Assembly: GCA_963818475.1 (NCBI GenBank)
Contig: CAWFSF010000002.1
Coordinates: 1-64,000 of the forward strand
Source: Nitrospirota bacterium
Lineage (GTDB): Bacteria; Nitrospirota; UBA9217
DNA: 64,000 nt
Direction of reading: 5' to 3'
The position numbers and the translations under genes are program-made. Position 1 is the stretch's first letter. The number at the start of each line of letters is the position of its first letter. Below, in pieces: positions 58,903-64,000 of this stretch. The notes under the pieces were generated by a model that saw nothing but the letters and a program-made list of their open reading frames with translations, was not told the origin of the DNA and ran no database searches.

Positions 58903-61053
58903 TCACTGGATCGTGCCGGTGGTAGTGATGGAGATAGGCCCGGTTCCTGCCGGCATGGTGCCGATCTCAGTCAGGGCGCCGGATGTGGCATTGATGGTAT
59001 AGACCGAAACGTCGCTGGAGCCAAGATTCGCCACGTAGGCGAACTTGCCCGAGGGATCGACGGTGATGGACCGCGGCTGATCCCCGGCTGTCACGGTGGC
59101 AAAACTGGTCAGGGCTCCGGTCGTGGCGTGGATGCTGAATGCCGAGACGTTGCCGCCGCCGTTCGCGACGTAGGCGAACCTGCCCGAGGGTTCAACAATG
59201 ATGGACCGGGGATCCGTGCCGGCCGCTGCTGCAGAGGCATTGATGAGAGCGCCCGTTGTGTTTATGACATAGGACGAAACGCCGTTGGCGTGCGCCACGT
59301 AAACGAACCTGCCCGAGGGATCGACGGTGATGCAGGTCGGATTGGGGCCGGTGGTAAGTTCCCCGCCCACGGGAGTCAGGGCGCCGGTGCCGGTATTGAT
59401 GGAATAGATGGAAACACTGCCGGAACCGATATTGAACTGGTAGGAATTTGCCACATAGGCGAACCTGCCTGAAGGATCGACGGCAACAGATATCGGGTCG
59501 ATTCCCGCCGGCGCCGAACCGGTCCAGGTCAAAGCACCGGTCCCGGCGTCGATGGCATGGATCGAGACGTTGTAGGCGGCCTGGTTCGCCACGTAGGCGA
59601 ACCTGCCCGAAGGCTCGACAACGATGGAGGCGGGATTGCTCCCGACCCCGGCGGCTGCGCTGCCCCGGGTAAGCGCTCCGGTCGCGCCGTCTATGGTATA
59701 GGGCGCGACGTTCTGGGTGGGGGTTTCGATCAGGATCTCATGGGTGGTGTAGGCGAACTTGCCAAAAGGATCGACGGCAACGGACGTGGGGAGGTTTATC
59801 GTCGTCGTGGTACCGGCAGTGGCGAGGGCGCCTGTTGCGGCGTGAATGGTGTACGCCGACACGCTGCTGGAACCGTAATTTGCCACGTAGGCGAACTTCG
59901 GCGCGTAGGTCACGGCTGCCGTACCTTTGCTCATGGCCATGGCTGCGCAGCCTTTGCGGGCCGCGACCGTGGACGGGGTGTTCAAGCCGGCGGGGGTGAT
60001 GGGAAAGATCGAAACAGTATTAGAGCCCTGGTTCGTCACATAGAGGAACTTGCCTGAAGGGTCGATGGTGACGGATGAAGGGTTGATGCCGGCTGCTATG
60101 GTTCCCATGCCGGTCAGAGCGCCCGTCCCGGGGTCGATGCTGTATTGTGACACGTTCGCGGTGTTGTAGTTCGCCACGTACACGAACTTGCCCGAAGGAT
60201 CGACAGTGACAGCGATGGGAAAGTCTCCCATTGATGCAAAGGGACTGCCTGCCACAGGGCTCAAGGCGCCGGTGGTGGCATTGACGGAATAGGCAAGGAT
60301 ACTGCCGAAGTTGAGGGTAGCGGCCACATAGACGAACTTGCCCGAGGGGTCGACGGCGACGGACCGCATCGCAAACCCGGTCGCCACGGTCCCGGCGCTC
60401 GTGAGCGCACCTGTTGCCGGGTTAATGGTGAATGCAGAGATCTCCCCGCCGTTCGTTGCCACGAAAGCGAACTTGCCGGAGGCGGCTACGGTGACGGAGA
60501 GGGGCTGGGCTCCTGTGGTGAAATTCTGGATGCCCGCCGTTCCGCTGTCGGCATCGATCTGCGTGAGCGCTCCTGTCGCGGCATCGATGGTGTAGGCGGA
60601 GACACTGGCGGAGCCGAAATTAGCCACGTAGGCGAACTTGCCTGCAGGGTCCATGGTGACGGAGTAGGGACTGGTCCCCGCCGTCACCGTCCCGGCACTG
60701 GTGAGCGCGCCCGTCGAGGCGTTGATGGTGTAGCACGAGACGGTGGTGGAGCCGTAATTCGCCACATAAGCGAACTTGCCGGAAGGGTCGACAATGACCG
60801 ATTGGGGGCCGGCGCCGGTCATTGCATAGCCATTGTGCCTCAGCTTGCCGTTGGCCGCGTTCACTGTGTAGATCGAGATCGTATTGTCCCCGCTATTGGC
60901 CACATAGGCAAAGCGCGGGACGTTGCTGGCCGGCGGCGCAGCGGATGTACCGCCTCCCCCGCCGCAGCCAGTGAGCGCGGCAAGAGCGAAGAGGATGAAG
61001 AGTGTGGATACTCTGGTTTTGTCTTTCAATGAATTATTCTCCTTGGTTAGCAC
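58903..61053 (-). CDS. Lactonase-like double beta-propeller lipoprotein (paralog)
   Basis: LTGC-GGGGG lipobox; same repeats; same TTGTIQ C-terminus. Confidence 0.88.
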   Translation of the reverse strand: MLTKENNSLKDKTRVSTLFILFALAALTGCGGGGGTSAAPPASNVPRFAYVANSGDNTISIYTVNAANGKLRHNGYAMTGAGPQSVIVDPSGKFAYVANYGSTTVSCYTINASTGALTSAGTVTAGTSPYSVTMDPAGKFAYVANFGSASVSAYTIDAATGALTQIDADSGTAGIQNFTTGAQPLSVTVAASGKFAFVATNGGEISAFTINPATGALTSAGTVATGFAMRSVAVDPSGKFVYVAATLNFGSILAYSVNATTGALSPVAGSPFASMGDFPIAVTVDPSGKFVYVANYNTANVSQYSIDPGTGALTGMGTIAAGINPSSVTIDPSGKFLYVTNQGSNTVSIFPITPAGLNTPSTVAARKGCAAMAMSKGTAAVTYAPKFAYVANYGSSSVSAYTIHAATGALATAGTTTTINLPTSVAVDPFGKFAYTTHEILIETPTQNVAPYTIDGATGALTRGSAAAGVGSNPASIVVEPSGRFAYVANQAAYNVSIHAIDAGTGALTWTGSAPAGIDPISVAVDPSGRFAYVANSYQFNIGSGSVSIYSINTGTGALTPVGGELTTGPNPTCITVDPSGRFVYVAHANGVSSYVINTTGALINASAAAAGTDPRSIIVEPSGRFAYVANGGGNVSAFSIHATTGALTSFATVTAGDQPRSITVDPSGKFAYVANLGSSDVSVYTINATSGALTEIGTMPAGTGPISITTTGTIQ

Positions 61054-61082
61054 ATATAAAACGACAGGTACTTACAACGCCG

Positions 61083-63657
61083 TTATGGAAGAACAGCGTT
61101 AAAGAATTCATTGTTCCCCGTATTCGCCAAAGGCGTCGATCCTGTGCCATCGGCATTGACGATGTAGAGATTGGCGTTGCCGTTGTTCTGGTTGCGGATC
61201 AGTACCTTGTCATTCGATGTGGTGGCGACGAGGAACGGTCCCCCGGGAAGAAGGTTCGTGCCCGTACCGTCGGTGTTGACGGCGTACAGAGTGGTCGAAA
61301 CGCCGTTCTCTTTGCTGTAGATCAGCCGTCCGCTCGGCGTTATTCCGATGTAGAATTCCTGGTAAGTTGGGGAATTAGCCAGCACCACGGTTCCCGTGCC
61401 GTCTGCATTTACAGCATACAGATCGCAGAGGCCGTCAATACTCCCGCAACTGGTATAGATGATCCGGCCATCGGGAGCGACGCCGCCGAAGTAGTCATCA
61501 TTGGTTGTGCTCGAGGTCAGAGAAACCAGATTCGTGCCGTCGGCATTGACGATGAAGAGGTCAAACTGCGTTGCGCCAGCGCCGTTGCGCGGCACCTCCC
61601 GTGAAAAGATCACCTTTCCCGTGGCCGTGCTGCCCATATATTGCTCATAGTTCGTGGAAGTAGCCAGCGATACAAGGCCGCTGCCGCTGGTGCCGTAGAG
61701 GTCGCGCTGACCATCGACACGTCTGTTGATGATCACCTGTCCCGTGCTGGTGATACTGGTGGTGCCGCCGATGCTGTATTCGTCGGGCGCGCTGTTGATG
61801 GCCAGGGGAGTGCCAGGACCGCCTGTTTGAGCAACACTGTAAAATCCGCCGGTGCCGAAGCCGGTGGCTATCTCGAGAATGAGCTGACCCGCTGGTGTTT
61901 CTCCGTGAAAACCCGTGTAGTAGGACGGTTCTGTCGCCAGGCCCACCTTGCCGCTTCCATCGGCATTGACAAGGTAGTAGTCGTTGGTGCCGTCTGATTG
62001 CACTTCGCTGTAGATGACCTTGCCGCTCGCGGTCAGGGCTACAAAATCCTCATGCTTTGCGGAATTTGCCAGGACCTGCGTGTTCGTACCGTCGGCATTC
62101 ACGGACCACAGATCGCGTCCTGTAGACTCACCGTCCCGGCGGTAGATCACGCGGCCGGAAACGGTTATAGCGCTGAAGCTCTCGTCGTAGGTGGTGGTGG
62201 CGAGACTCTGCAGGTCGGTGCCGCCGGAGTTGACGCTGTAGAGATCGAGCTGGCCGCCGGTTGCTCGTTGATACACGACACGTCCGCCCGGCGCCACAGC
62301 GGCGAACATCTCGTTATCAGCGGTTTGAGCCAGGGGGACCTCTCCGGTGCCGTCCTCCTTGACCAGGTAGAGATCGTCCTTGCCGGATTGGATGCCGAAA
62401 CCGAGGGTGAACACGATGTTCAGGAGCGCTGAAGTCGGGTTCACGGTCAGGAGCGCGGGATCACTGGTGGCACTGTTCTCACTGTTGGTGGCCACGGCAT
62501 GGAACTGCTGCCCGTCGTAGGACAGGGTCGCACTGCTCACGATCAGCGTATTGCTGGTAGCACTGACGATATTGCTCCAGGTGAGACCGTCGTTCGTGCT
62601 CAGCTGCCATTGCACGGTCGGTGTGGGCGTGCCCGTGAAGGCCACCGTGAACTGGGCGTTCTGCCCTTCGGTGATGGTCACATCGGTCGGCTGCAAGGTG
62701 AAGACGGGTGCGACGGCACCGCTGGTGACCGTCAAGGTCGCCGCGTTGCTGGTGACCGTGCTCACCGTGTTGGTCGCCACGACGCGGAACTGCCGCCCGT
62801 TATTGGGCAAGCCTGCACCGATGACATTGAAGGTGGTGCCCGTCTCGCCGACGATGTCACTCCAACTGCCGCCGCTGTCGGTGCTCAGCTGCCACTGCAG
62901 CGTCGGCGCAGGCGTACCGGTGACGGCCACGGTGAACTGGGTGCTTTGGCCTGCGGTGATGCTGACGCTCGACCGGCTGAGTGGTGAATACAGGCGCTGC
63001 CTGCGCGGCGTTGACGGTCAGCGTTGCAGGATTGCTGGTGATGCTGCCGGTGATGTTGCTGACGAGGACCTGAAATTGGTGGCCATTGTTGCTTAGCGGT
63101 ACCGCCGACAGATTCGACGGTGGCACCGGTTGCCGCGGGAACATTCGGTAAAGCTGCCGCCGCCATCGGTGCTGCGCTGCCACTGGTAGCTGAGCGACGT
63201 GCCGGCTCGCTGTCACCGAGAAGCCGGCGTCTTGTCCTTCGGTGATGGTCTGGTTTGCAGGATGCACACTGATGCCGGGAGCGACTGGCGCTGCAAATAC
63301 GGTCAGCGTAACCGCTGAGCTGGTGACACTGTTGCCCGCGCCCGCGACAACGACACGATACCGGGTCCCGCTGTCGGCGAGTATTGTTATTGCTGTCGAG
63401 TAGCCGGCCGAGGTTGCGCCGGCTATATCCGAAAAGGTGCTGCCGCTGTCGGTGCTGATCTGCCATTGATACCCGGTTGCGTTGCTGGCCGCTACGGTAA
63501 AGGTGGCTGTCGTGCCGGAGACCACACTTTGATCCGTAGGTTGTGTGGTGATGGCCGCAGAAGGTTGGCCTGGTGAGCTGCTGCCACCGCCGCAGGCGGT
63601 GAGCATGGCAAGGACGATCAGGATGGCGACCACGTATATTCCAGGTTTGCTATTCAT
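61083..63657 (-). CDS. Lipoprotein with four Ig-like domains and a TolB-like beta-propeller (frameshifts near 63205, 63140 and 62975)
   Basis: LTAC-GGG; repeated QP...FTV...QWQ.S.D.G; repeated DLY.VNADG. Confidence 0.8.
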
Positions 63658-63719
63658 AATTCTCCTTTGGTTACAAATGGCGACTATTCAAATCTCGCAC
63701 GAAAGTTTTCCTTCACGTG

Positions 63720-64000
63720 CTAAGGGAATATTTTGCTGAGGCCGCTCCCCGCGCCTGCATTCAGATCGAACACCCGCACCGTTCCCGCTGCCGTACCGTT
63801 GCTCTTCCAGAGCTCATTGCCGCTGCTGCCGTCATCGGCAAGGAAGTATAGCGTGCCGTTGAAGCCGGTGAGATTGGACACGTTACCGCCGAAACCTGCG
63901 GTTGAGTTGATATCCTTGACCAGCACCGTACCCGCCGCTGTGCCGTCGCTCTTCCACAGCTCCTGCCCGCTGACGTCATCGTAAGCAGAGAAGAAAAGCG
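63720..64000 (-). CDS. ELWxxDGT repeat protein, C-terminal fragment
   Basis: GQELWKSDGTAAGTVLVKDI and GNELWKSNGTAAGT; runs off the window end. Confidence 0.85.
   Translation of the reverse strand, partial: LFFSAYDDVSGQELWKSDGTAAGTVLVKDINSTAGFGGNVSNLTGFNGTLYFLADDGSSGNELWKSNGTAAGTVRVFDLNAGAGSGLSKIFP

Overview
Bacterial chromosomal window with a GC-rich core and AT-rich accessory patches. Gene content suggests an anaerobic Nitrospirota- or Desulfobacterota-like organism (inference only). Many conserved genes are split by single-base indels, mostly +1, which points to an unpolished long-read assembly; split genes are reported here as single units. In order, the window holds: a secreted beta-helix protein; an RHH/MazF toxin-antitoxin pair with a MITE; a FixC-FixX / tandem acyl-CoA dehydrogenase / ETF beta-alpha locus that appears to be one ~2,630-aa polypeptide; nrdJ-pncB-pncA; a disrupted DUF3800 gene facing a structured ncRNA; greB and a CbrXAB-like SLC5-histidine kinase/sigma54 system; a Rieske-cytochrome b-pentaheme operon divergent from an alternative complex III operon; cooT, ChaN, FecR, mscL and glk; a probable selenoprotein ArsS; an integrase-less attC cassette cluster (42.5-51.7 kb) with two HigBA pairs and a RAYT remnant, preceded by a phased array of 18-bp palindromes; a NodIJ-like ABC transporter and a TPR-SLT; and a cluster of surface beta-propeller/Ig lipoproteins. 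At least five families of short periodic or palindromic repeats are dispersed through the window. No rRNA, tRNA, CRISPR array or integrase was seen.
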